Below are positions 56,498 to 64,000 of a stretch of DNA of 64,000 bases, one piece after another. The notes beneath the pieces were generated by a model, which did not search any database, was not told where the DNA came from, and was given only the letters and a program-made list of their open reading frames with translations. A program made the translations under genes and the position numbers. The first letter of the stretch is position 1; each line of letters begins with the position of its first letter. This DNA is from Planctomycetota bacterium (GTDB lineage Bacteria > Planctomycetota > B15-G4), in assembly GCA_038212275.1 (NCBI GenBank), contig JBBQUR010000020.1:11970-75969 (forward strand), written 5' to 3'.

Positions 56498-59029
56498 CTA
56501 CGGCAGGAAGCTGAGCTTCACCGCATTGGTGATGGCGACGCTCTGCGGCAACGAAGGATCGAAGACGCGTGCCTGCAGGTACACGTCCGCCGGCCCCATG
56601 CCGCCGGGAATCAGGATCTGGATCAGGCCCGACGGCGGCGCCACCAGACCGATGTCCAGGAACGAGGGCACGGTGACCAGCGTGCCGCCCTTGAAGGGCT
56701 GCGGGTTGAGCGAGAAGGAGGCCGAGAGCAGCATCGGCTTGCCGGGAGGCAGGTGGGCCAGCGTCATCGTCGCGTACTGGCAGCTTGCCAGCGGCTGACC
56801 GCACACCGCGAGCGTCGATGCACCGGGGCCCTGGAAGCCGAGGTCCGTCTGGCACGTGACGCAGGCGTCTCCGAAGCCGTCGCCGTCGAGATCGGCCTGA
56901 TCCGGATTGGGAAAGTCGGGACAGTTGTCCCAGTCGTCGGGCCAGCCGTCGCCGTCGGCATCCAGCTGACTGCGGCGCACGTCGGAGAGTCGCACGTCGT
57001 CGAAGGTCCAGCCCCTCGCGCGGTGCTGGTTGCTGACGTCGCTGCCGAGGCGGAAGACCGGGCTCACGGAGCTCACGCGGAAGGCGGGCCCGCGCAGCGT
57101 GAAGGCATTGGCGGACTTGCCGGCATTGCCCGTGCGCAGCTCGAGCAGACCCTGGTTCGGCGCCCACTCCGCCTGCACGTGACGGAAGCCGTTCACGTTG
57201 TCCTCGGCGTTCGCGTCGGGAAACGGGGCGACGACCTCGTGACGCCCGTTGAGGCGATCGACCACCACGAAGTGGAGCTGTCCGCCTTCCACGTACAGAT
57301 CCATGCTGTTGCTGGTGTCGTGCACCGTGCCGTAGGTGGTCGTGCCACCCACCACCGCCGCGAACACGCCTGCACCTTCGCCGAAGGGACTGTTCATCGT
57401 GGGCTGCGTGGTCACGAGCTGGCTGGGAAGCTGCTCGCCCCCGGGACCTGTGCCCGCCAGCGAGCGCCCGTCCGCGTCCAGGTAGAAGATCGCGGACTGC
57501 GTCGAGGTGCACGAGCGATAGAAGATGTCCGAGAGGCCGTCGCCGTTCAGGTCGCCCAGCGTCATGCTCACGGCGCTTTCCACCTTGTAGGTCAGCGTCT
57601 CGGGCGTCAGCAGGTCGCTGAAGCCCATCGGATTGAGCGGGCCCAGCAGCACGGTGGAGGCAGGCGCGTTCACCAGTCCCTGGCGCCAGTTGGCCACGGC
57701 CACGTCCACGAAGCCGTCGTTGTTGACGTCCTTCACGGCGGAGACGGTGAACGGGCGCGGCGTCTTGATGATGCCGTCGGGCTCCGGATTGAAGGTCCCG
57801 TCGCCGTTGTTGAGGTGGATCGCGACGCGGCCGAACAGCGAGCCGCTGCCGTCGTCGTACAGCGGTTGAGTGAGCACGGAATCGAGGAACCCGTCGCAAT
57901 TCACGTCGCCGAAGGAGGCGCCCAGCACCTGATTGCTGCGATCCGAGGACAGGAGCGACAGGTTCTCGAAGGTGTAGCCGGTGGGCCCGATCCTGCCGAT
58001 GAGTACGCGGCTCGCGGGCTCGCCGAAGCTGCCGTAGAGCACGTCCAGCACGTCATCGCCGTTCACGTCGCCGGCGGCGATGGCCTCCGCGCCCGCGATG
58101 ATGTTCGCGTACGGGAAGTCCATGATCGTGAAGTTGCCGGAGCCGTCGTTGGCGAAGCCCACCACGGCCGGCGTGTTCTGCGCGTACGAGGCGACCACGA
58201 TGTCGAGGTCGCCGTCCTTGTCGAAGTCCGCGAGCACGAGTCCCTGCGGAAGGTCCATCTCGAGGGCCATCTGCGGCTGGTAGATGCTGCCCTTCTTGAA
58301 GGGGCCGCGGAAAATCTGCACCTCGCCGGGAGTGGGCGTGAGCGGGTTGGCCAGCGTGCTGCCCTGGTGCATCGACACGACGAGGTCGAGGTAGCCGTCG
58401 CCGTCCACGTCACCGATCTCGAGGCCGCGCGGCACCTGCGACTTGAAGCGCGCCGGCGCCGAAAAATCGAGGCCGTTGCCGCTGTTGAAGTAGATGCGTG
58501 AGAGCGAGCCGGGCGTGACGCCAAAGGGCTCGCCCACGATGAGGTCGTTGAAGGCGTCGCCATCCAGCGACTTGGTGCCCTGCAGGCTGAAGAGATGCTG
58601 GCGCGCCGAGGTCTCCGGCCCCGGCTTGACCCACATCTCGAGCGTGCCGTGGTTCAGGTCCAGAGCGCCGGTGCTGTACATGCCCACCGCGGCAGCCGCC
58701 GGCATGACGACGCAGCCAGTGTTGAAGACGCCGCCGCCGACGGGCAGCAGGCCGCTCTTCACCACGTTGGTGGTGCCCACCGCAGTGAGCATGGCGGGTG
58801 TTCCCTCGAACTGGCCGAGGACCACCGTGTGGCTGTCGAGTCCACCGATCGGCGCGTGTGACAGAGGCAGCCCGCTCGGCGGGCACTGGGCGCTGGCGGC
58901 GCAGGCCACCAGCGACAGGGTCGTCGTGCACGCGATCAGCGTGCCGCGGATCGGAGTGCCTGGGCGCGCGCCGGCGTCGGGCGTCGGGGTCTGCTGCAAC
59001 GGCATCGGGGCGTCGGCTCGGGGCTTCAT
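56498..59029 (-). CDS. Large secreted protein: FG-GAP repeats, a ConA/LamG-like region, thrombospondin type-3-like Ca-binding repeats, and the shared C-terminal domain
   Basis: Signal peptide. FG-GAP blades (GDVDGDGYLDLVVS, ADFDKDGDLDIVVA, GDVNGDDVLDVLYG, GDVNCDGFLDSVL, KDVNNDGFVDVAVA, GDLNGDGLSDIFY). TSP3-like repeat DADGDGWPDDWDNCPDFPNPDQADLDGDGFGDAC. C-terminal CQTDLGFQGPG...PFKGGTLVTVP...YLQARVFDP...TNAV. The start is M39 or M47 of the ORF. Confidence 0.7.
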   Translation of the reverse strand: MKPRADAPMPLQQTPTPDAGARPGTPIRGTLIACTTTLSLVACAASAQCPPSGLPLSHAPIGGLDSHTVVLGQFEGTPAMLTAVGTTNVVKSGLLPVGGGVFNTGCVVMPAAAAVGMYSTGALDLNHGTLEMWVKPGPETSARQHLFSLQGTKSLDGDAFNDLIVGEPFGVTPGSLSRIYFNSGNGLDFSAPARFKSQVPRGLEIGDVDGDGYLDLVVSMHQGSTLANPLTPTPGEVQIFRGPFKKGSIYQPQMALEMDLPQGLVLADFDKDGDLDIVVASYAQNTPAVVGFANDGSGNFTIMDFPYANIIAGAEAIAAGDVNGDDVLDVLYGSFGEPASRVLIGRIGPTGYTFENLSLLSSDRSNQVLGASFGDVNCDGFLDSVLTQPLYDDGSGSLFGRVAIHLNNGDGTFNPEPDGIIKTPRPFTVSAVKDVNNDGFVDVAVANWRQGLVNAPASTVLLGPLNPMGFSDLLTPETLTYKVESAVSMTLGDLNGDGLSDIFYRSCTSTQSAIFYLDADGRSLAGTGPGGEQLPSQLVTTQPTMNSPFGEGAGVFAAVVGGTTTYGTVHDTSNSMDLYVEGGQLHFVVVDRLNGRHEVVAPFPDANAEDNVNGFRHVQAEWAPNQGLLELRTGNAGKSANAFTLRGPAFRVSSVSPVFRLGSDVSNQHRARGWTFDDVRLSDVRRSQLDADGDGWPDDWDNCPDFPNPDQADLDGDGFGDACVTCQTDLGFQGPGASTLAVCGQPLASCQYATMTLAHLPPGKPMLLSASFSLNPQPFKGGTLVTVPSFLDIGLVAPPSGLIQILIPGGMGPADVYLQARVFDPSLPQSVAITNAVKLSFLP

Positions 59030-59223
59030 ATCGTCGGACGGGTGGCCCTGAAGTCTACCCGCAAGGCACGATCGGCGTGGGGCTTTCGCGGGTCGGAGGG
59101 CACCCCCGGAACTCCTTGTTCCCTCATCGGTGCACGCTCCCATCAGCCTTGAATGCCTGAGGGTCGACGGCAGGAGACCGCCCCCCCTTGGACCGGGATG
59201 GTCCCGCTCCTGTCACGCCGCGC

Positions 59224-59300
59224 ACGGCCCGACCACGCACGGGCGGGCCGCGCACGGGCGGGCCGCACACCGGCGGGCCGCACACCGGCGGGCCGCGCTC
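59224..59300. repeat. 15-nt tandem repeat (C[GA]CAC[GC]GGCGGGCCG x5) in the divergent promoter region upstream of the CPXCG/Rieske genes
   Basis: Seen in the sequence: cacgggcgggccg cgcacgggcgggccg cacaccggcgggccg cacaccggcgggccg cgctcgggcaggccg. Followed by TAGAAT 9 nt before the ATG. Confidence 0.7.
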
Positions 59301-59333
59301 GGGCAGGCCGCGGGGTGGCATAGAATCCGCGCC

Positions 59334-59522
59334 ATGGACGACGACGCGAGCTACCGGTGCGCCTTCTGCGGCGAGGAGATCGTGGTGTCGATCGACCTCA
59401 GCGCGGGCAACGAGCAGGAGTACGTCGAGGACTGTCCCGTCTGCTGCCGGCCGCACGTGATCCGCGTGACCATCGAGCGCGACGGCTCCGTCAGCGTGCA
59501 CGCCGAGGCAGAGACCGAGTGA
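59334..59522 (+). CDS. CPXCG-motif cysteine-rich small protein (zinc ribbon, 62 aa)
   Basis: MDDDASYRCAFCGEEIVVSIDLSAGNEQEYVEDCPVCCRPHVI: C-x2-C ... C-P-x-C-C. Its stop overlaps the GTG start of the downstream Rieske gene (GTGA). Confidence 0.55.
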   Translation: MDDDASYRCAFCGEEIVVSIDLSAGNEQEYVEDCPVCCRPHVIRVTIERDGSVSVHAEAETE

Positions 59523-60796
59523 GCGCGGTGCCTTCCGGCGCGCCCTTCGACCTGCGCACGCTGGCCATCGACCCGGACATCCGCCGCGCCCGCACCCTGC
59601 CGGCGGCCTTCTACATCGACCCCGCGGCCTTCGCGTCCAGCCGGCAGTCCGTCTTCGCGCGGAGCTGGCAGCTCGTCGGCGACGCGGCCTCGCTCGCCCG
59701 GCCCGGCGCCTGCGTCCCCGCCACGCTCCTCCCCGGCCTGCTCGATGAGCCGCTGCTGCTCACCCGGCCGGCGGACGGCGCCGACGCGGGGCGCGCGGGC
59801 GGCGACTCGCGCATGGCCACCGACGTCCGCTTCACCAACGACGCCCGCTTCGCCGGTGACCAGCGCTTCGCCGCCCATGGCATCGCCTGCCTCTCCAACG
59901 TGTGCACGCATCGCGGCATGCTGCTCTGCGACGCGCCGCGCACCGGGACGCAGCTCCAGTGCCGCTACCACGGGCGGCGCTTCGCGCTCGACGGCCGCCT
60001 GCTTTCCGCGCCGGAGTTCGACGGCGCGGAAGACTTCCCGTCGCCGCGCGACGATCTGCCGCGCGTGGCGCTCGCGCGCTGGGGCCCGCTGCTCTTCGCC
60101 AGTCTTGACCCCGCCGTGCCCTTCGCGGAGTGGATCGCGCCGCTGCAGGCGCGCCTCGGCTGGCTGCCGCTCGACAGTGCGCGCCTGCACCCCGAGCGTT
60201 CGCGCGACTACCCCGTGGCCGCGCACTGGGCGCTCTACTGCGACAACTTCCTCGAGGGCTTCCACATCCCGTACGTGCACCCGGCCCTGGCCGGCGCGCT
60301 GGACTGCGGCAGCTACCGCACGGAGCTATTCGCGCACGCCAATCTGCAGGTGGGCATCGCGCAAGCGAGGGCAGCGAACGCGCTCGCTGCCGTCGTGTCA
60401 CGGGACGCGCGCCTCGGAGACGGCGACGTCCCCGTCTTCGACCTGCCGCGCGAGTCGCCGGACGCCGGCCAGGCCGTCGCCGGCTACTACTTCTGGCTGT
60501 TCCCGAACACGATGGTGAACGCCTACCCGTGGGGGCTGTCGCTCAACATCGTGAAGCCCGTCGCGCCGGACCGCTGCGTGGTGAGCTTCCTCAGCTACGT
60601 GTGGGACGAGAGCAAGCTGGACCGCGGCGCCGGCGCCGGTCTCGACCGCGTGGAAGCCGAGGACGAGAGCGTGGTGGAAGCCGTGCAGCGCGGCCTGCGC
60701 AGCCGGCTGTATCGCGGCGGGCGCTACTCGCCGTCGCGCGAGGCCTGCGTGCACCACTTCCACCGGATGCTCGTGGAGAGCCTGCGCGGCGGGTGA
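59519..60796 (+). CDS. Rieske [2Fe-2S] non-heme iron oxygenase, alpha-subunit-like
   Basis: Rieske motif CLSNVCTHRGMLLC-x17-CRYHGRRF (C-x-H ... C-x2-H). Mononuclear Fe motif DNFLEGFHIPYVH (D/E-x3-H-x4-H). GTG start. Confidence 0.7.
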   Translation: MSAVPSGAPFDLRTLAIDPDIRRARTLPAAFYIDPAAFASSRQSVFARSWQLVGDAASLARPGACVPATLLPGLLDEPLLLTRPADGADAGRAGGDSRMATDVRFTNDARFAGDQRFAAHGIACLSNVCTHRGMLLCDAPRTGTQLQCRYHGRRFALDGRLLSAPEFDGAEDFPSPRDDLPRVALARWGPLLFASLDPAVPFAEWIAPLQARLGWLPLDSARLHPERSRDYPVAAHWALYCDNFLEGFHIPYVHPALAGALDCGSYRTELFAHANLQVGIAQARAANALAAVVSRDARLGDGDVPVFDLPRESPDAGQAVAGYYFWLFPNTMVNAYPWGLSLNIVKPVAPDRCVVSFLSYVWDESKLDRGAGAGLDRVEAEDESVVEAVQRGLRSRLYRGGRYSPSREACVHHFHRMLVESLRGG

Positions 60797-60844
60797 TGAC
60801 GCCTGCGTGCGCCGCCGGGGCGCGGTCCGCGTTACGCTCAGCGC

Positions 60845-63172
60845 GTGCGATCCGACCTGCCCGCAAGCGACCTCCGGCGCCCGACCGCTGTCGCGGCGCT
60901 GCTCGCCCTCATGGTGGTCAGCCTGCGACTCGGGCTGCCCGACCTCCGGCACGGCCTGCCCTTCGTCTTCCACTCGGACTTCGTGCAGATCGAGCAGGCG
61001 GCGCAGCTGCTGCGACAGGGCTGGTTCACGAACGACAGCATCTATCCGCTGCCGCTCGTGTGGCTGTACGCGGGCGCGGCCTGGCTGGCGCACGTGCTCG
61101 GTGCACTCGGCGGCGCCGCGGGCGAGGGCATGGACGCCTTCGCGCAGCGCTTCACCGACCCGGCCGTGCACCACCCGCTCGGGCGCTTCGTCGACGTGGC
61201 CTGCGCTGCGCTGCTCGTGCCGGCCACGTACCGGCTCGCCCGCGTGCGCTTTCCGCGCGGCGTCGCGCTGCTCGCGGCCGCGGTCATCGCCGTGGACCCG
61301 GTGCTCCTGCTCACGGCGCGGCAGGTGCGGCCGCATGCGCCGGCGGTGCTGTGCCTGGCGCTGGCGGCGCCCTCGGTGCTGGCCCTTGCGCGCCGCGGCG
61401 CCGGCCCGCGGCAGGGCCTGCTCGCCGGAGCGCTCGTCGGCATGAGCGCCGCCGTGTTCCAGGTGGCGTCGCTGCAGGGCGTGGCGCTGCTGCTCATCGT
61501 GGCGGCGTGCGTGCGTCCCGCGCGGCGCGCGCTGGCGACGGCGTGCACGGCGCTGGCCGGCATGGCGGGCAGCGCGTGGCTGGTGAGCGTGCTCGCGGGC
61601 GCACCGGCTTCCGTGCGCGCGCCCTCGGGCGCAAGCCTCGACGACGCGGCGCACTCGGCCGGCTTCCTCATGCGCATGCTGGACTGGGGAATGACCGGGC
61701 CCTTCCAGCAGGCCGGAAAAGCCTGGTTGCTGGCAGAGCCAGCTCTGTGTCTCGGCGTCGCGGGCGCCGTGCTGCTGGCGTTGCGCACCGCGCGCCGCCG
61801 GCGGGACGCGCTCGCAGCACCCGCACCGCCGGGCGCGTCGGCCCCCGGCCTGGTGGATCTGCTGCTCTACGGAGCGTGTCCGGCCATCGTGCTCGCCTGC
61901 ACGGCCACGATGCTCGGGGCGCACGTGCGCTACGTCGTCGCGGCCCTGCCGTTTCTTGCGACGCTCGCTGCGGCGGCGTGTCTCTCGGCGCGACCCGCCC
62001 TTCCGCGCATCGCCGCGGTGGCGCTGCTGCTCGCGGTGCCGCTGGCCACGACGCTGCGGACGCGCGCGCTGCTGCACACGGCGGACTCGCGCTTCGTGCT
62101 GGATGCAGCTCTGCAGTCGATCGGGGCGGGCGAGGCGCCGCTCGTCATCGCGTTGCAGGACACGCTGGTCCTGGACCGCAGCGCGCTGCCGCGCGGCGTG
62201 CTCGAGTTTCCGCCGCACGGCGACCTGTCGCGCTGGGACGAGGCGAAGTTCGTGCCGCGCGCCGAGCTCCGGGCCTGCGGCGCCGCGGTCTACGCACGCG
62301 TGCCCGGTGCGCGCTGGGCCACCGGGCCGCTCGACGCGGCCTCGATGCAGCGGCTCGGCTTCCAGCTGTGGGGCACGCTGGGCGACGCGCCGACGAGCCG
62401 CCTGTACCTGCCCGACGTCCCCGATGCGCTGGTCATCGACGCGTGGTCCGCGAGCCGCACGGGCCCGCCCATCGAGCTTTGGATCGCGAACGGTCCCGCC
62501 GGAGACCTGGCGCGCTCGCGACTCGCGACGGCGGACCTCGCCGCGGCGGCCGCATCCGATGCCGACGCCGCCGTGGCCGCCACGCTCGCGCGGATCGCGA
62601 GCCAGCGCGCGGCACGCTCGGGTGCAGGTGCGGGTGCAGGTGCGGGTGCAGGTGCGGGTGCAGGTGCAGGTGCAAGTGCGGGTGCAGGTGCAGGTGCAAG
62701 TGCGGGAGCGGGTGCGGGCCGGGGCGCAGCGAGCGGCGCGCAAGGCTCCGGCATCGTCGATCCGGCGCTGCTCGCGAAGCTGCTGGCGCTGCCGACGGAC
62801 CGCTGGCAGGCGACGGGAGGCGCTCTGCCGGGTGCGGCGCACGCGCCCACGCTCTCGGCGCGCGGCACGATGCGCCACGACGAGCCCGTGCTGCTGCTGG
62901 TGGACGGCGCGCCGCCCGGCAGCACGTGCCGGCTCGTGCTCGGCGCGCGCGAACTGCGCGCCCCGTTTCGCGGCGGCACGCTCGTCCCCGCGCCGGACCT
63001 GCTCCTGGACGGCCTGATCGTGGGCGACGACGGTCGACTCGCCCTCGGCGCCCTGTGGCCGCACAGTTCGCCGGCAGGCCTCACCCTCTGCGCCCAGGTC
63101 TGGGTGCAGGATCCCAGCGGGCCGCACGGCTACTCGGCCACGAACGCCGTCGTCGGCACGAGCCCCGACTGA
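60845..63172 (+). CDS. Polytopic membrane protein, GT-C fold-like (ArnT/PMT-family-like glycosyltransferase), with an extracytoplasmic C-terminal extension containing a Gly-Ala repeat and the shared C-terminal domain
   Basis: At least 10 predicted TM helices. The first loop LRLGLPDLRHGLPFVFHSDFVQIEQAAQLLRQGWF resembles the D-E loop of GT39/GT83 enzymes (LRLW.LG.P..LVFDEVY). C-terminal ...APFRGGTLVPAPDLLLDGLIVGDDGRLALGALWPHSSPAGLTLCAQVWVQDPSGPHGYSATNAVVGTSPD. Confidence 0.45.
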   Translation: MRSDLPASDLRRPTAVAALLALMVVSLRLGLPDLRHGLPFVFHSDFVQIEQAAQLLRQGWFTNDSIYPLPLVWLYAGAAWLAHVLGALGGAAGEGMDAFAQRFTDPAVHHPLGRFVDVACAALLVPATYRLARVRFPRGVALLAAAVIAVDPVLLLTARQVRPHAPAVLCLALAAPSVLALARRGAGPRQGLLAGALVGMSAAVFQVASLQGVALLLIVAACVRPARRALATACTALAGMAGSAWLVSVLAGAPASVRAPSGASLDDAAHSAGFLMRMLDWGMTGPFQQAGKAWLLAEPALCLGVAGAVLLALRTARRRRDALAAPAPPGASAPGLVDLLLYGACPAIVLACTATMLGAHVRYVVAALPFLATLAAAACLSARPALPRIAAVALLLAVPLATTLRTRALLHTADSRFVLDAALQSIGAGEAPLVIALQDTLVLDRSALPRGVLEFPPHGDLSRWDEAKFVPRAELRACGAAVYARVPGARWATGPLDAASMQRLGFQLWGTLGDAPTSRLYLPDVPDALVIDAWSASRTGPPIELWIANGPAGDLARSRLATADLAAAAASDADAAVAATLARIASQRAARSGAGAGAGAGAGAGAGAGASAGAGAGASAGAGAGRGAASGAQGSGIVDPALLAKLLALPTDRWQATGGALPGAAHAPTLSARGTMRHDEPVLLLVDGAPPGSTCRLVLGARELRAPFRGGTLVPAPDLLLDGLIVGDDGRLALGALWPHSSPAGLTLCAQVWVQDPSGPHGYSATNAVVGTSPD
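62618..62720. repeat. Coding hexanucleotide microsatellite ((GGTGCR)n, about 17 copies) encoding a (Gly-Ala)n linker
   Basis: Seen in the sequence. Protein SGAGAGAGAGAGAGAGASAGAGAGASAGAGAGRG. Confidence 0.8.
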
Positions 63173-63202
63173 CGCGCGCGATTCAGCGCGGAGGCGCGGC
63201 CC

Positions 63203-64000
63203 TTACTTCTTGAAGCCCGCCGAGGACGTCGGGCCCGTCGCGAGCAGCTCCTTCAAGCTGCCGATCGAGCCCAGCACGGCCGCGCTCTCGTAGGGCAGGA
63301 AGACGGTCTTCTGGCCGCCGCTGCCGGCGGCGATTTCGCGCATCATCTTGAGATACTCCAGCGCAATCAGGTACTGCGCGGGGTTGGTGCCGCTGGCGGA
63401 CAGCGCCGCCGACACCTTCTCGATGGCGCCGGCCTCGCCGGTGGCCTTGAGGATGAGGCGCTGGCGCTCGCCTTCCGCTTCCGCAATGGCCGCGTCGCGC
63501 AGGCCCTCGGCGCGCAGCACGCGCGCGGCCTTCTCGCCCTCGGCCTCCAGCACGACGGCGCGACGGTCGCGCTCGGCCTTCATCTGCTTCTCCATCGCCA
63601 CCTGGATTTCCGGCGGCGGCGAGATGTCCTGCAGCTCGACGCGATTGATCTTCACGCCCCACTTGTCGGAGGCGTCGTCGAGCACGGCGCGCATCTTGGT
63701 GTTGATCTCGTCGCGGTTGGAGAGCGCCTTGTCGAGGTCGAGCTCGCCGATGATGTTGCGCAGCGTGGTCTGCGCCAGTTTCTCGATGGCCATCGGCAGG
63801 TTGCTGACCTCGTAGGCGGCGCGCGTCGGGTCCGTGATCTGGCTGAAGAGCAGCCCGTTGATCTGGATGACCACGTTGTCGCGCGTGATGACGCGCTGCT
63901 CGGGGAAGTCCATCACGGACTCGCGCAGGTCGATGCGCTCGGTGAAGCGCGCGACATTGACGGCGCGGCCGCTGGCGGTGATCGGCGTCATCCACGCCAC
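63203..64000 (-). CDS. SPFH/band-7 (stomatin/HflK/C-like) protein, C-terminal part (gene continues beyond the window end)
   Basis: RDNVVIQINGLLFSQITDP..., NLPMAIEKLAQTTLRNIIGELDLDKALSNRDEIN and a coiled-coil tail are typical of SPFH proteins. No start lies within the window. Confidence 0.7.
   Translation of the reverse strand: MAWMTPITASGRAVNVARFTERIDLRESVMDFPEQRVITRDNVVIQINGLLFSQITDPTRAAYEVSNLPMAIEKLAQTTLRNIIGELDLDKALSNRDEINTKMRAVLDDASDKWGVKINRVELQDISPPPEIQVAMEKQMKAERDRRAVVLEAEGEKAARVLRAEGLRDAAIAEAEGERQRLILKATGEAGAIEKVSAALSASGTNPAQYLIALEYLKMMREIAAGSGGQKTVFLPYESAAVLGSIGSLKELLATGPTSSAGFKK

Noticed and set aside
62618-62720. (GGTGCR)n array considered as a possible CRISPR or non-coding repeat
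   Set aside because: The unit is 6 nt with no spacers, and it is in frame inside a long ORF encoding a Gly-Ala linker. No cas genes or repeat-spacer structure exist anywhere in the window.
1-64000. Search for tRNA, rRNA, integrase, transposase, phage or defence-system genes
   Set aside because: No cloverleaf-like or rRNA-like conserved segments were seen. No DDE or tyrosine-recombinase motifs, restriction, Cas or abortive-infection domains were seen, apart from the weak NTase-like ORF reported separately.

Overview
This is a high-GC (about 70%) bacterial chromosomal segment, and both strands are read. Most genes encode signal-peptide, lipoprotein or membrane proteins. Identifiable housekeeping and metabolic genes are nagB, rlmM, a NUDIX hydrolase, a lipoprotein Cu/Zn superoxide dismutase sodC, a POT peptide transporter, a DAACS dicarboxylate/amino-acid symporter, a Rieske oxygenase preceded by a CPXCG zinc-ribbon gene, and the cyanophycin genes cphA, a truncated cphA paralog and a distal cphB. 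There is a six-gene TonB2/Ttp-type energy-transduction operon (SusC-like TonB-dependent receptor, DUF3450, N-extended ExbB, ExbD, TonB, TPR protein). A divergent pair of an ECF sigma factor and a TPR-containing Ser/Thr kinase is present. The window is dominated by large secreted proteins: FG-GAP beta-propellers, a PQQ-dependent sugar dehydrogenase/PKD protein, a beta-helix protein, an alpha/beta hydrolase and a thrombospondin-type-3 repeat protein. The most striking observation is a conserved C-terminal domain of about 100-115 aa that I do not recognise. It is shared by at least seven otherwise unrelated proteins here, including a polytopic GT-C-like membrane protein, and may be an uncharacterised sorting, anchoring or binding module. 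The window also has many short GC-rich tandem repeats (7-19 nt units) just upstream of start codons, and a tandemly duplicated FG-GAP gene pair that carries a conserved palindromic upstream element. No rRNA, tRNA or CRISPR arrays were found. Many long ORFs in the track are antisense artefacts of the high GC content. Coordinates derived by ORF-frame arithmetic may be off by a few nt, and several start codons are GTG or otherwise uncertain.
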